Shown one piece after another: positions 1 to 11,088 of a DNA stretch of 64,000 bases. A program made the position numbers and the translations under genes. The notes under the pieces are model-generated. The model saw only the letters and a program-made list of their open reading frames with translations. It ran no database searches and was not told where the DNA came from. The DNA is from Roseateles sp. (GTDB lineage: Bacteria; Pseudomonadota; Gammaproteobacteria; Burkholderiales; Burkholderiaceae_C). The stretch covers positions 21,608 through 85,607 of the forward strand of contig NZ_JBMLSK010000371.1 in the NCBI RefSeq assembly GCF_049240545.1. Reading direction: 5' to 3'. The first letter of the stretch is position 1. Every line of letters begins with the position of its first letter.

Positions 1-1
1 G

Positions 2-559
2 CCAGCCGCGCAGCGCGACATGGGGCGCTGATTCAAACCAAGCCAAATCGACCCGGGCGAACTGGCGAACAAAGGGCATCAAGGCCATATCGGCCCATGA
101 GGGCGATTCGCTCAACAGATAGGGCCGCTCCTGCAAGACCTGCTCCATCGGGGCCAGCATCAAGGACTCGGCCTCGGCGCGCCATTCGGCCTGTGTCGCA
201 GCGGGATGCCGCTCAGGATACTTGTAACGATCCAAGAGCTGTTTGAACGGGCCGTCGTTGCGGGCAATCCAGGCCTGCGCCTCGGTCTCGAACTGCGGCT
301 GCCGCCAGCCCTCGGGGTCCTGCTGCGCCAAGGCCCAGGCCATGATGTCCAGGCTTTGCTCCAACACTTGGCCGTTGGCCAAGACCAGGACCGGCACCGT
401 GCCTTTGGGCGAGGCCTGTAACAGGGCCGCCGGCTTGTCGCGCAATTGAATCTCTCGAATCTCGACGGTGACCCCGGCATAGCGCAAGGCCAGACGAGCC
501 CGCATGGCATAAGGGCAGCGACGGTAGGAGTACAGGATGGGCAGTTCGGTCGTCAGCAT
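2..559 (-). CDS. Glutathione S-transferase family protein (3' end runs off the window edge)
   Basis: Translated by hand from ATG at 559 on the minus strand: MLTTELPILYSYRRCPYAMRARLAL...KPAALLQASPKGTVPVLV...LEQSLDIMAWAL, a typical GST N-domain (CPY, GTVP, ES-like QS). Open to position 2; missing from the ORF track because there is no stop in the window. Confidence 0.9.
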   Translation of the reverse strand, partial: MLTTELPILYSYRRCPYAMRARLALRYAGVTVEIREIQLRDKPAALLQASPKGTVPVLVLANGQVLEQSLDIMAWALAQQDPEGWRQPQFETEAQAWIARNDGPFKQLLDRYKYPERHPAATQAEWRAEAESLMLAPMEQVLQERPYLLSESPSWADMALMPFVRQFARVDLAWFESAPHVALRGW

Positions 560-656
560 GGGCTTGCGATTGTGCCCGCTCCACTACCCCGACTCGCGGG
601 GTTGCCCTCACCCGACCCTGAGGCAAGAATCCGGCCGTTCCCTGTGACCGATCTGC

Positions 657-1325
657 ATGCCTTCCGTCTTCTTGCTGCGCCGCAGCGCTCAATCCATCGC
701 CAAGTCTTGCGCCGCTCTTCTCGGGACGGCGGGCTGGGCTCTGGCGGGCACGAGTGTGCGGGCATCGGAGTGTTTGCCGGCCCTGCATCAGGCCCGTCCG
801 ACCGTGCTGGCCTGTGATCTGCGCATGAGTGATGGTCATGTGGACCGCCTCTTGCACCGGCTACGCATCGAGGGGCAGGCGCCCAAGGTGTTGCTCTTCA
901 CCCCCAGCGCCGATGACCCGCTGCTGTTCCCGACCTTGGCAAACGGTGCGCATGGCTATTGGGTTGAGCCCGAGAAACCCGCCGCAGCCTTGCCGGCCGC
1001 ACTGGCAGCAGCCCAGGCCGACCGGGCGCGCATGTCACCGCAAATCGCCCGCGACACGCTCGCCGCCTTCGACTTGAGCCGCGGCAGCGCCAGCTGTCTG
1101 CACAAACCATCGATCGCACACGATCTCAGCCCGGTGTCTGCCCAAGGCGAAATGCAGCGCTCGGAACAGGCCTTGCTGTCCTTGCTGGCGCATGGCCTCT
1201 TGGCCAGCGAGATAGCCTTGAGTTGGCAATTGGCGGTGGATGAGATTGAGGGCCGGATTGCGGCGATCTACCGAAAGCTGCACTTGTTGAAGGCCGCTTC
1301 GGCCATCGACCTTCAGCTGTCCTGA
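657..1325 (+). CDS. Atypical NarL/LuxR-type response regulator (degenerate REC plus degenerate LuxR HTH)
   Basis: PTVLACDLRMSDG (phospho-Asp region), KVLLFT, GAHGY; C-terminal EQALLSLLAHGLLASEIA...IAAIYRKLH resembles a LuxR HTH. Confidence 0.7.
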   Translation: MPSVFLLRRSAQSIAKSCAALLGTAGWALAGTSVRASECLPALHQARPTVLACDLRMSDGHVDRLLHRLRIEGQAPKVLLFTPSADDPLLFPTLANGAHGYWVEPEKPAAALPAALAAAQADRARMSPQIARDTLAAFDLSRGSASCLHKPSIAHDLSPVSAQGEMQRSEQALLSLLAHGLLASEIALSWQLAVDEIEGRIAAIYRKLHLLKAASAIDLQLS

Positions 1326-1351
1326 ATCAGTCCCGCCTTCTGACGCGGCCC

Positions 1352-1981
1352 TCAGGCCGCAGGCGGCGCGCTATCCACAAAGCTCTGGCGCGCGCTGAGC
1401 TTTTCAAAGTGGCGGGCCAGATTGGGATTTGATTCACGCCACTGAATCGCTGGGAAGCGGAAGTCCACATAGCCCAAAGCGCAGCCGACCGCGATGTCGG
1501 CCAAGGAGAAATGATTGCCCGAGCACCAAGGCTTTTCGCCCAGGCCTTGGTTCATGGCCGCCAAGGCGCCGACCACCTTGTCCAACTGGCGCTGCACCCA
1601 GGCCTCACAGCGTTGCTCGGGCGTCCGCCCGGCAAAGCGGTTCTCCATCAAGGCGGCGACGGCGGCGTCCAGCACGCCATCGGCCAGCGCTTCCCAGGTC
1701 CGCACCTCGGTGCGTTCGCGGCCGCGCTCAGGGATCAGCTTGCCCACGGGCGACAGCGTGTCCACATATTCAACGATGACACGGGAATCGAACACCGCGC
1801 CGGTGATCGAGTCCTGTCCTTCCATCACCAAGCAAGGCACCTTGCCCAGCGGATTCACTTTGAGAATCGCGTCGCTGTTCCAAACGTCCTCGAGAATCAA
1901 CTGATAGTCGAGCTTCTTTTCGGCCATCACGATGCGCACCTTGCGAACGTAAGGGCTGGTGAGTGATCCGATTAATTTCAT
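1352..1981 (-). CDS. Glutathione S-transferase family protein
   Basis: MKLIGSLTSPYVRKVR, NPLGKVPCL, FDSRVIVEY, SLADIAVGCALGY. Confidence 0.92.
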   Translation of the reverse strand: MKLIGSLTSPYVRKVRIVMAEKKLDYQLILEDVWNSDAILKVNPLGKVPCLVMEGQDSITGAVFDSRVIVEYVDTLSPVGKLIPERGRERTEVRTWEALADGVLDAAVAALMENRFAGRTPEQRCEAWVQRQLDKVVGALAAMNQGLGEKPWCSGNHFSLADIAVGCALGYVDFRFPAIQWRESNPNLARHFEKLSARQSFVDSAPPAA

Positions 1982-2143
1982 GGTTGCTGCTGTGAGTTCG
2001 ACTCTGTTGAAACCATTCTAGCCATGGCATTGTTGCAACTCGTCCTGTACAAAAGACCTGATCTCAGGCATACAAGCGGTGATTTTCAGCGCATCAAGTC
2101 TGCGAATCAGCGAGGCAAGAAGCCTGCCATGGCCGGCGCTTAA

Positions 2144-3574
<1,431 letters not shown>

Positions 3575-3595
3575 GTCGGCTGACTCATAGTCAAG

Positions 3596-3622
3596 AAGGC
3601 GCCCACCGGGGCGCCTTTTTTT
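3596..3622 (+). terminator. Intrinsic terminator of purB
   Basis: AAGGCGCCC-accg-GGGCGCCTT followed by a T run; a second small hairpin TGAGTC-ggct-GACTCA lies at 3572-3587. Confidence 0.88.
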
Positions 3623-3764
3623 CGCCTGCCGATCACAAACGGTCACAAAGGCGGCACGCATCAGGCACAGACAGGCGGCAGCACGCTGTCCAGAATGAAG
3701 TCAGACGCATCAAGCCAAGAGCTGCTGCTTTCTTGCCCCGCCTTCCTGTCTCTGGAGTCCCGCC

Positions 3765-4340
3765 ATGCCTTCGTCGCGCCCTCTTCTTGCCGCCGGCCTC
3801 TTGAGCTTGTCATCAGCCTTCAGTTGGGCCGGCCCGGTCGCGCCCACGCCCATTACGCTCAATTTCAACGGCACCGACACCTGGTCGGGCAGCTTCACCG
3901 CGCTCAGCAGCGGCAGCAACAGCTTCGTCTTGGACCTGAGCCCTTTCGCCGGCATGCAGCTCGGTGGCTTGACGGTCTTGCTGTCCTCCAACTTCTTGAG
4001 CAATAGCGGCTATGACATCAGCAGCGCCAGCTTCGGTGGCCAGGCCTTCAAGCCCTTGCTTGATCAGACCTATCCAGGTCTTGGCGGCGCTGATCTGTGG
4101 CTGTTCAGCACCTCCTCATGGAGCCCCGCACCGCAGCTGATCCAAGTGACGGGGCAGTTGCTGGGCGGCACGGTGGGCTTCACCGGCTCGGTCAGCCTGA
4201 TCGCCCAGCCCGTGCCCGAGCCCGCCAGCTATGCGCTCTTGATGCTGGGTCTGGCCGGCATCGCTTGGGTGCGCCGACAACGTCAGCCGCAGAACTATGG
4301 GCGCTTGGTACACCTGCCTGAGCCCAAAGTCCTGCGCTGA
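3765..4340 (+). CDS. PEP-CTERM sorting-domain surface protein
   Basis: Signal peptide (LLAAGLLSLSSAFSWA), beta-rich S/G/T body, VPEPASYALLMLGLAGIAWVRRQR tail; SD GGAG before ATG. Confidence 0.9.
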   Translation: MPSSRPLLAAGLLSLSSAFSWAGPVAPTPITLNFNGTDTWSGSFTALSSGSNSFVLDLSPFAGMQLGGLTVLLSSNFLSNSGYDISSASFGGQAFKPLLDQTYPGLGGADLWLFSTSSWSPAPQLIQVTGQLLGGTVGFTGSVSLIAQPVPEPASYALLMLGLAGIAWVRRQRQPQNYGRLVHLPEPKVLR

Positions 4341-4383
4341 CGCCAGCGCCGTTCCTCGGATGCTGGCTAGCGCCCCAGTGGAC

Positions 4384-5751
4384 TCAAACCGGCCAGCGCA
4401 GCAACAGCCTCGCCCCACCGAGGACCGGCGCGGCCTGAATCAGGGCCACGCCGCCATGGGCCTCGGCCACCCGGCGCACGATGGCCAGGCCCAGGCCAAA
4501 ACCGCGGCTGCCGCGCTCTTTGGCGCGGTCCAGCCGCTTGAAGGGAGTGAAGACCGCTTCGCGCAGGGCTTCGGGCACGCCTTCGCCGTCGTCATCCACG
4601 GCCAAGCACAGCTGCCCGGCTTCGACCCAGGCGCTCAGGGCGATGCGGCTGCGGGCATGGCGTGCGGCGTTGCGCAAGGCGTTGCGCAGACCGTAAGGCA
4701 GCAGTCGAGCATCAAAGCGCACTGCCTCGGACAAGCCCGTCAACTCGGTTTGAAGCTCCCTCCCCTCCAGCAAGGGCGCAAGGCTTTGCGCTTCGCTCAA
4801 AAGCAAGGCGCGCAAATCGCCCGGCTCGCACTGGGCTTGCAAGGCGCCCATATCGAGTCGGGCCAGCATCAGGCTGGCGTCGATCAAGGCATCCAGCTCG
4901 TCGATATCGCGGTCACAGGCCTGCACCGCCAATTCACGCCGAGCCGGGTCGTCTTCTTCCACCAGGGCATCGATAGCAAAACGCAGGCGCGCCAGGGGCG
5001 TTCGCAACTCATGCGAGACCGCACCGGTCAGCTCACGCTGCGTGGCCAAAGCCGCAGCCAAGCGCGCCAGCGTGGCGCGAGCGCCGGCCGCAATCGGCGC
5101 AAACAAACGGCTTTCGGGTTCGGGCACGACGCTGTCAAAGCGGCCGGCCGTCATCTCATCGGCCGTCTGCTGCAAGGCGCGAATGTCGCGCCAGATCGGG
5201 CGCAACAACCACGCCGCCAAACCAAACACCAGCAGCGCCAGGCTCAAGGCCGCGGCCAGTTGCATCCACAGTTCACGCGGCAACTGCAGCTCATTGCCGG
5301 GATGGTTGTCGGCATTCAAGGGCCCCAGGCGCAAGACCTGCTGGACCGGCAAAACCTGACCCTGACCCTCAGCCGCCGGCGCCGGCAAGGCCGCGTAAAC
5401 CTTGCGATTGAAGCCGTGCACCAGCAACTCGCCGGCCTGCAGCTGACGCCGCTCCGACTCTTTCAGCTCGCTGGCCGAAACAATCACCACCGGGTAGGCG
5501 AACAATTCATCCAAGACCTTGACGCGCTTCTGGCGCGCGGCGGCGTCCAGCGGTGCCAGTTCCTTGACCAGCATATCGACGGTGCCGCGCATGAAGCGGC
5601 GCACATAGTCGTCGGTGACACCGTCCACCGCCAGCATCAACAAGGCCTGCACCAGCAGCACCAGGGCCATCACCACCAGGCCGATGCCCAGCGCCACCCG
5701 AGTCATCGGGGAAGCCATGGCCTGACCCAAGGGGCGTTGCGATAGGGCCAT
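4384..5751 (-). CDS. Sensor histidine kinase (HAMP-HisKA-HATPase, RstB-like)
   Basis: Two TM segments, VSHELRTPLARL H-box, NALRNA, DDDGEG, GFGLGLAIV; SD GAGGAGG just upstream of ATG 5751. Confidence 0.93.
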   Translation of the reverse strand: MALSQRPLGQAMASPMTRVALGIGLVVMALVLLVQALLMLAVDGVTDDYVRRFMRGTVDMLVKELAPLDAAARQKRVKVLDELFAYPVVIVSASELKESERRQLQAGELLVHGFNRKVYAALPAPAAEGQGQVLPVQQVLRLGPLNADNHPGNELQLPRELWMQLAAALSLALLVFGLAAWLLRPIWRDIRALQQTADEMTAGRFDSVVPEPESRLFAPIAAGARATLARLAAALATQRELTGAVSHELRTPLARLRFAIDALVEEDDPARRELAVQACDRDIDELDALIDASLMLARLDMGALQAQCEPGDLRALLLSEAQSLAPLLEGRELQTELTGLSEAVRFDARLLPYGLRNALRNAARHARSRIALSAWVEAGQLCLAVDDDGEGVPEALREAVFTPFKRLDRAKERGSRGFGLGLAIVRRVAEAHGGVALIQAAPVLGGARLLLRWPV

Positions 5752-5763
5752 GCGCCTCCTCAC

Positions 5764-6474
5764 TCAGTCTTTGGCGAAAAGATAACCCTGCCCCCGCACG
5801 GTCTTGATGCGCGCGGCCGCCTGGGCGTCATCGCCGATTTTCTTGCGCAAGCGCGAGACCCGGGCGTCGATGGCGCGGTCCAGGCCATCAAACTCGATGC
5901 CGCGCAGGCCTTGCATGATGTCTTCGCGAGTCACGACGGTGCCAGCGCGTTCGGCCAGGAAGAGCAGCAGGTCGTACTCGGCGGTGGTCAACTCGATGGT
6001 GACCTCACCCAAGCGGGCTTCGCGCGCACTCGGCTTGATCAGCAGCTCACCAAAGCGCAACTCATCGGCCGAATCCTCAGCAGCGCCGGCTGGCTCGCGA
6101 CGCAACAAGGCCTTCAGCCGCGCCATCAAGACGCGCGGCGCCACCGGTTTGGTGATGTAGTCGTCGGCACCACCCTCCAAGCCCAACACCTGGTCGATAT
6201 CGTCATCGCGCGCGGTCAGCATGACGATGCGGCCTTTGAAGTCACGCCGTACATCGCGCAGCACATCAAAGCCGTCTTTGCCGGGCAGGTGCCCGTCCAG
6301 CAGCACCACGTCAAAGGCCTCGGCGCGCATGCGGGCCTCGCCCTCCAGGCCGTTGGCGCAATGGCTGACTTCATAGCCGGCGCGCGTCAGGGCCTCCAGA
6401 ACCAATTCGGCCAGGCGCTCATCGTCTTCGATCAAGAGAATTCGGGCGGCGCTGGCCGTGCTTTCAGTGCTCAT
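5764..6474 (-). CDS. OmpR-family response regulator (RstA-like)
   Basis: LLIEDD, VLLDGHLPG, GADDYITKP, C-terminal wHTH IKTVRGQGY. Confidence 0.95.
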   Translation of the reverse strand: MSTESTASAARILLIEDDERLAELVLEALTRAGYEVSHCANGLEGEARMRAEAFDVVLLDGHLPGKDGFDVLRDVRRDFKGRIVMLTARDDDIDQVLGLEGGADDYITKPVAPRVLMARLKALLRREPAGAAEDSADELRFGELLIKPSAREARLGEVTIELTTAEYDLLLFLAERAGTVVTREDIMQGLRGIEFDGLDRAIDARVSRLRKKIGDDAQAAARIKTVRGQGYLFAKD

Positions 6475-6753
6475 GGCTTTGTCTTTGACAGTTCAGACGG
6501 ACGGGGCCAAGCCCCGGATTCGCGCGAGTGTAGTTTCAGCGGAGATCTTCCCATGCCACGGCGGCAACATATATAGGGCAAGGCGGCCAACGCCGGCAGC
6601 CGACCATCCCGCTTGTTGAAGACGCGAAAAAGGCGCCGCGGCCGTCCGCACATGCCGACGCCCAGGGATGCTTCAAGCGCTTTTCCTGCATCCAAAGCCC
6701 CTGCCGACAAAAGCTTGGACAATACGACACCTTCAACGAGCCCCAGGACCGCC

Positions 6754-7581
6754 ATGAATTTCATCCAGCAACTCCACGCCGCCGAACGCCTCAATGACTC
6801 GCTGCTGTGTGTGGGGCTGGACCCGGAACCGGCCAAGTTCCCGGGCGCCTGGAAGGGCGACGCGGGCCGCATCTATGAGTTCTGCGCCGCCATCGTCGAC
6901 GCAACCAAAGACCTGGTCATCGCCTTCAAGCCGCAAATCGCCTACTTCGCCGCCCACCGCGCCGAAGCGCAGTTGGAACAGCTGATGGCCCACATCAAGC
7001 GTGTGGCGCCACAAGTGCCCGTGATTCTGGACGCCAAGCGCGGCGACATCGGTTCCACCGCCGAGCAATACGCCAAAGAAGCCTTCGAGCGCTACCAAGC
7101 CGATGCGGTGACCCTGTCGCCCTTCATGGGCTTTGACACGATTGAGCCTTATCTGCGCTACCCCGATAAAGGCGCGATTCTGCTCTGCCGCACGTCCAAC
7201 CCCGGCGGCAGCGACTGGCAAAACCAGCGCCTCGCCGATGTGCCCGGCAGCCCTAAGCTCTACGAACACCTGGCCCGTTTGGCTCAGACCGACTGGAACA
7301 AGAACGGCCAACTCGGCCTGGTGGTGGGCGCCACCTTCCCGGGCGAAATCGCCCGAGTGCGTGAACTGGCGCCGACGCTGCCGCTGCTGATCCCCGGTGT
7401 CGGCGCTCAGGGTGGCGACGCCGAGGCCACCGTCAAGGCCGGCTGGAAAGCAGGCGCCCCCATCATCGTCAGCAGCTCACGCGCGGTGCTCTACGCCAGC
7501 TCGGGCGAAGACTTTGCGGCCGCGGCCCGCCGGGTGGCACAGCAAACCCGCGAGCAACTGAATCTGGCGCGCAAGGCCTGA
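6754..7581 (+). CDS. pyrF: Orotidine-5'-phosphate decarboxylase
   Basis: LCVGLDP, AFKPQIAYF, LDAKRGDIGST, LLIPGVGAQGG, SSSRAVLYA. Start ATG 6754 (MNFIQQL). Confidence 0.97.
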   Translation: MNFIQQLHAAERLNDSLLCVGLDPEPAKFPGAWKGDAGRIYEFCAAIVDATKDLVIAFKPQIAYFAAHRAEAQLEQLMAHIKRVAPQVPVILDAKRGDIGSTAEQYAKEAFERYQADAVTLSPFMGFDTIEPYLRYPDKGAILLCRTSNPGGSDWQNQRLADVPGSPKLYEHLARLAQTDWNKNGQLGLVVGATFPGEIARVRELAPTLPLLIPGVGAQGGDAEATVKAGWKAGAPIIVSSSRAVLYASSGEDFAAAARRVAQQTREQLNLARKA

Positions 7582-7759
7582 TTCCCAAAAAACGCAAGAC
7601 CCAAGCTGCGCACAATTGCTCACAAAGCAGTCCCGACGCAGATAAGCACCGCTTTTCCGGGCCTGCCCTCATGGTCAAGGCCAGTTTTGTCGGGGAGACT
7701 GCTGGCTTTCGCCAAGGACTGGCCTTGGCATGCGCTGAAGTAGCGGAGCGGTCGGCATT

Positions 7760-10700
7760 GTGAGCAAGGATTCCCTCGATGATTTGAGCAGCCTGGTGGG
7801 GCATGACCTGCCCGCGGGCGAGCAGCACACGATGCTAGAACGCAAGGTGCGCTGGCATTCGATCCGGCTCTTCATCGGGGCCTCGGCCATCATCTTGTTG
7901 TTTGCCTTTGCGGTCTTGCTGTTCGGCCGTCAGGCCAGCGAACCGCTGCAAGGCCTGCTGCCCCCGGCCATGGCCGCGGGTACCGCCTTGATCAGCTTGC
8001 TGTGTTTGTGGAAGCTGCCTCGCCGCCTCGGCTCGGCGGCCGTCGTCACGCTCTTGGGCCTGCTGATGGGCTTGGCGGTCTTGATCGCCGTGTCGCGCGC
8101 CACCGGCTTGTATTCGATCAGCCTGCCGGTGATGGCCCTGCTGGTCGCCTTTGCCACCGCCATGCTGGGGCAACGCACCGGGCTGGCGCTCACGGTGGTC
8201 GGCCTGCTCGGGGTGCTGGGTCTGGCGCTGGCCGAACAAGCCGGCTGGGCCAGCTCTCCGACGGCCCTGAGCTCCCTGCTGCTGCGCACCCTCTCGCATG
8301 CCGTGCTCTTGCTGGCCGGCCTGGTCGTGGGCTATGCCATGCTGCGCATGGTGCAGCGCTCCACCAAAGAAGCCGCCGAACGCAATGCGCGCTTTCGCGG
8401 CCTGCTCAGCATGGCGGCCGATTGGTACTGGGAGATGAACCGCGACTACCGCTTCACCCACCTGGCCGAAGACCGGCCCGGCAAGTCAGGCCTGGACCTG
8501 CAGGCGCGACTGGGCAAAACGCCTTGGGAAGTGGAGCAGATCGGTCTGTCCGACGAGGACATGGACGCCCACCGCGCCGACCTGGAATCGCACCGCCCCT
8601 TTCATGGCCTGGTGGCGCGGCGCCGCGGCAGCGACGGCGATATTCGTTACGTCTCCATCAGCGGCGAGCCCCGCTTTGACGCGCAAGGCAACTTCCGCGG
8701 CTACTGGGGCGTGGGCCGCGATGTGACCGAAGAAGTACAGGCCGAAAAAGCCATTCACGCCACCGAGACCCGTTACCGCGAACTGTTCCGCCGCTCGCCC
8801 AGCCCCTTGGTGCTGCACCGCTGGGGCCGGGTGTTAGACGCCAACCCGGCGGCCATGGCCATGTTTGGCTACACCCAGCGCAGCAGCATGATCGGCCAGG
8901 ACTTGTTCGCCCATTACGAGCCCGGCGACGACGAGCGCGCGCGCCAACGCGCCGGCAAGATCGAAACCATGGCCGTCGGCGCCATGCTGCCGATGGCCGA
9001 ATTCCGCCTGCGCACGCTGTCAAGGCGGCGCCGCCTGGTGTCGGCCACCAGCGTGCGCGTGGACGCCGCCAGCGGCCCGGCCACGCTGAGCTTCTTCATC
9101 GACCAAACCGAGCAATCGCGCGCTCAAGACGCGCTGCGCCGCTCGGAAGGCCTGCTTTCGCACCTGGTGGCCACCAGCCCCGATGTGATCACGCTGACCG
9201 AGCTCAGCTCCGGCCGCTACGCCATGGTCAACAAGACCTTCGAGCGCCTCAGCGGCTACAGCAGCGAAGAGGTGCTGGGCCGCACGGCCGAGGAGTTAGG
9301 CGTCTGGAAAGACCCACGCGACCGCGAGCGGGTGCTGGAAGGCGTGCGGCTGCATGGCCGCGTCACCGAGTTGCCGGTCACCTTTGTGACCAAGTCGGGC
9401 GAGCCGATTTCAATGCTGATGTCGGCCGCGCCCTTCGCCATGGACGGCCAGCAATACCTGGTCATCAATGCCCGCGACGTGTCCGAGGCCGAGCGCACCC
9501 GTCTGGTCCATCAAGCGATTCTGGAGAACGCCTCGATCGGCATCACCCTGACCCGAGACCAGCATTTCGTGCAGGTCAACCGGCTGGTGGAAGAAATGTT
9601 TGGCTGGCCCAGCGGCGCACTGATCGGCCAGCATGGCTCCATCGTCTGGCCCAGCAAGGAAGAGTACGTGGCCGCCGGTGATGAGCTGGGTGCGCGCCTG
9701 GCGGCCGGCGAACAAGTGGAAATCGAACGTCTGATGCGGCGTCGTGATGGCAGCAGCTTTTTGTGCCGCCTGTTGGCCAAGGCGGTGGACCCGAATCACC
9801 CCAGCCGTGGCGGCACGATCTGGATTTTGGAAGACATCACCGAGCGCCGCCGCGTCGAAGCGGCTCTGGCCCAGGCCAAGGACGAGGCTCAAGCCGCCAG
9901 CCGCGCCAAGAGCGCCTTCCTGGCCAATACCAGCCACGAGATCCGCACGCCCTTGAACGGCTTGCTGGGCCTGGCGCGCATGCTGCAACAGCCGGATCTG
10001 AACGAGCAAACCCGGCGCGAGTACCTGGACCAGATGCTGGACAGCGCCGAAAGCCTGTCGGGCCTGATCTCGGACATCTTGGACCTCTCCAAGATCGAAG
10101 CCGGCCGCCTGACGCTGGAAGCGGCACCGTTCGGTTTGCGCGATATGTTGGCCACCATGCGCATGGCCTATCTGACGCTGGCGCAGGCCCACAAGTTGGC
10201 TTTCAAGATCGAGGTCGAGGAAGCGGTGCCGGCCTGGGTGGTGGGCGATCAGGTTCGCATCCGCCAGATCCTCAGCAACTATTTGAGCAATGCGCTGAAA
10301 TTCACCGCCAACGGTTCGGTGGCGGTGCATGTGCGCAGCCTGGGCGATGACAAGATCCGCATCGAAGTCAGCGACACCGGCCCCGGCATCGCCCCCGAGA
10401 TGCACCAGCGCCTGTTCCAAGCCTTCACGCAAGCGGATGAGTCCACCACGCGCCGCTTCGGCGGCACCGGTCTGGGCCTGTCGATCTGCCGTGAGCTGGC
10501 CACCTTGATGGGCGGCGAGGTCGGGGTGCAAAGCGAGCTGGGCCAGGGTTCGACCTTCTGGGCCGAGTTGCCGCTGCCGGCCGCGCCCACGCCGATCAGC
10601 AGCCAGCCACGCGAAGCCCGTAACAACGAGGACCTGCAAGGCCTGCGGGTGCTGATGGTGGAAGACCACCCGGTCAATATGATGATTGCCGTGGCCCAGT

Positions 10701-11044
10701 TGCAGCAATGGGGCATGGAGGTCTCGCAAGCCAATGATGGCAGCCAGGCGGTGGAGGCGATCTTTGCCGCCGCCAGCATGGGCAAGCCTTTTGACGCGGT
10801 CTTGATGGATGTGCAGATGCCGGTCATGAGCGGCCATGAAGCCACCCGCGAGGTGCGCAAACGCTACGACGCCGAAGAGCTGCCCATCGTGGCGCTGACC
10901 GCGGCGGCGCTGGTGTCCGAGCGCGACGAGGCGCTGGCGGCAGGCATGAATGACTTTTTGACCAAGCCCATCGATGCGCCCAAGCTGCGCGCCACCTTGG
11001 TGCGCCTGATCGGCCACCGCGACAACGATCAGACCCGCAGCTGA
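7760..11044 (+). CDS. Membrane-bound multi-PAS hybrid histidine kinase with C-terminal receiver
   Basis: N-terminal TM bundle, about 4 PAS domains (ADWYWE, SPSPL, SPDVIT, ASIGIT), NTSHEIRTPLNG, GGTGLGL, REC VLMDVQMP/FLTKP. Confidence 0.95.
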   Translation: MSKDSLDDLSSLVGHDLPAGEQHTMLERKVRWHSIRLFIGASAIILLFAFAVLLFGRQASEPLQGLLPPAMAAGTALISLLCLWKLPRRLGSAAVVTLLGLLMGLAVLIAVSRATGLYSISLPVMALLVAFATAMLGQRTGLALTVVGLLGVLGLALAEQAGWASSPTALSSLLLRTLSHAVLLLAGLVVGYAMLRMVQRSTKEAAERNARFRGLLSMAADWYWEMNRDYRFTHLAEDRPGKSGLDLQARLGKTPWEVEQIGLSDEDMDAHRADLESHRPFHGLVARRRGSDGDIRYVSISGEPRFDAQGNFRGYWGVGRDVTEEVQAEKAIHATETRYRELFRRSPSPLVLHRWGRVLDANPAAMAMFGYTQRSSMIGQDLFAHYEPGDDERARQRAGKIETMAVGAMLPMAEFRLRTLSRRRRLVSATSVRVDAASGPATLSFFIDQTEQSRAQDALRRSEGLLSHLVATSPDVITLTELSSGRYAMVNKTFERLSGYSSEEVLGRTAEELGVWKDPRDRERVLEGVRLHGRVTELPVTFVTKSGEPISMLMSAAPFAMDGQQYLVINARDVSEAERTRLVHQAILENASIGITLTRDQHFVQVNRLVEEMFGWPSGALIGQHGSIVWPSKEEYVAAGDELGARLAAGEQVEIERLMRRRDGSSFLCRLLAKAVDPNHPSRGGTIWILEDITERRRVEAALAQAKDEAQAASRAKSAFLANTSHEIRTPLNGLLGLARMLQQPDLNEQTRREYLDQMLDSAESLSGLISDILDLSKIEAGRLTLEAAPFGLRDMLATMRMAYLTLAQAHKLAFKIEVEEAVPAWVVGDQVRIRQILSNYLSNALKFTANGSVAVHVRSLGDDKIRIEVSDTGPGIAPEMHQRLFQAFTQADESTTRRFGGTGLGLSICRELATLMGGEVGVQSELGQGSTFWAELPLPAAPTPISSQPREARNNEDLQGLRVLMVEDHPVNMMIAVAQLQQWGMEVSQANDGSQAVEAIFAAASMGKPFDAVLMDVQMPVMSGHEATREVRKRYDAEELPIVALTAAALVSERDEALAAGMNDFLTKPIDAPKLRATLVRLIGHRDNDQTRS

Positions 11045-11088
11045 AATCCTGCCCGGCCGCTTACTGCCGGGCAAGAGACAATTGGGGC

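Noticed and set aside
160-857. ORF-track calls 160-510 and 213-857
   Set aside because: Wrong frames; the real gene is the edge-truncated GST starting at 559 on the minus strand.
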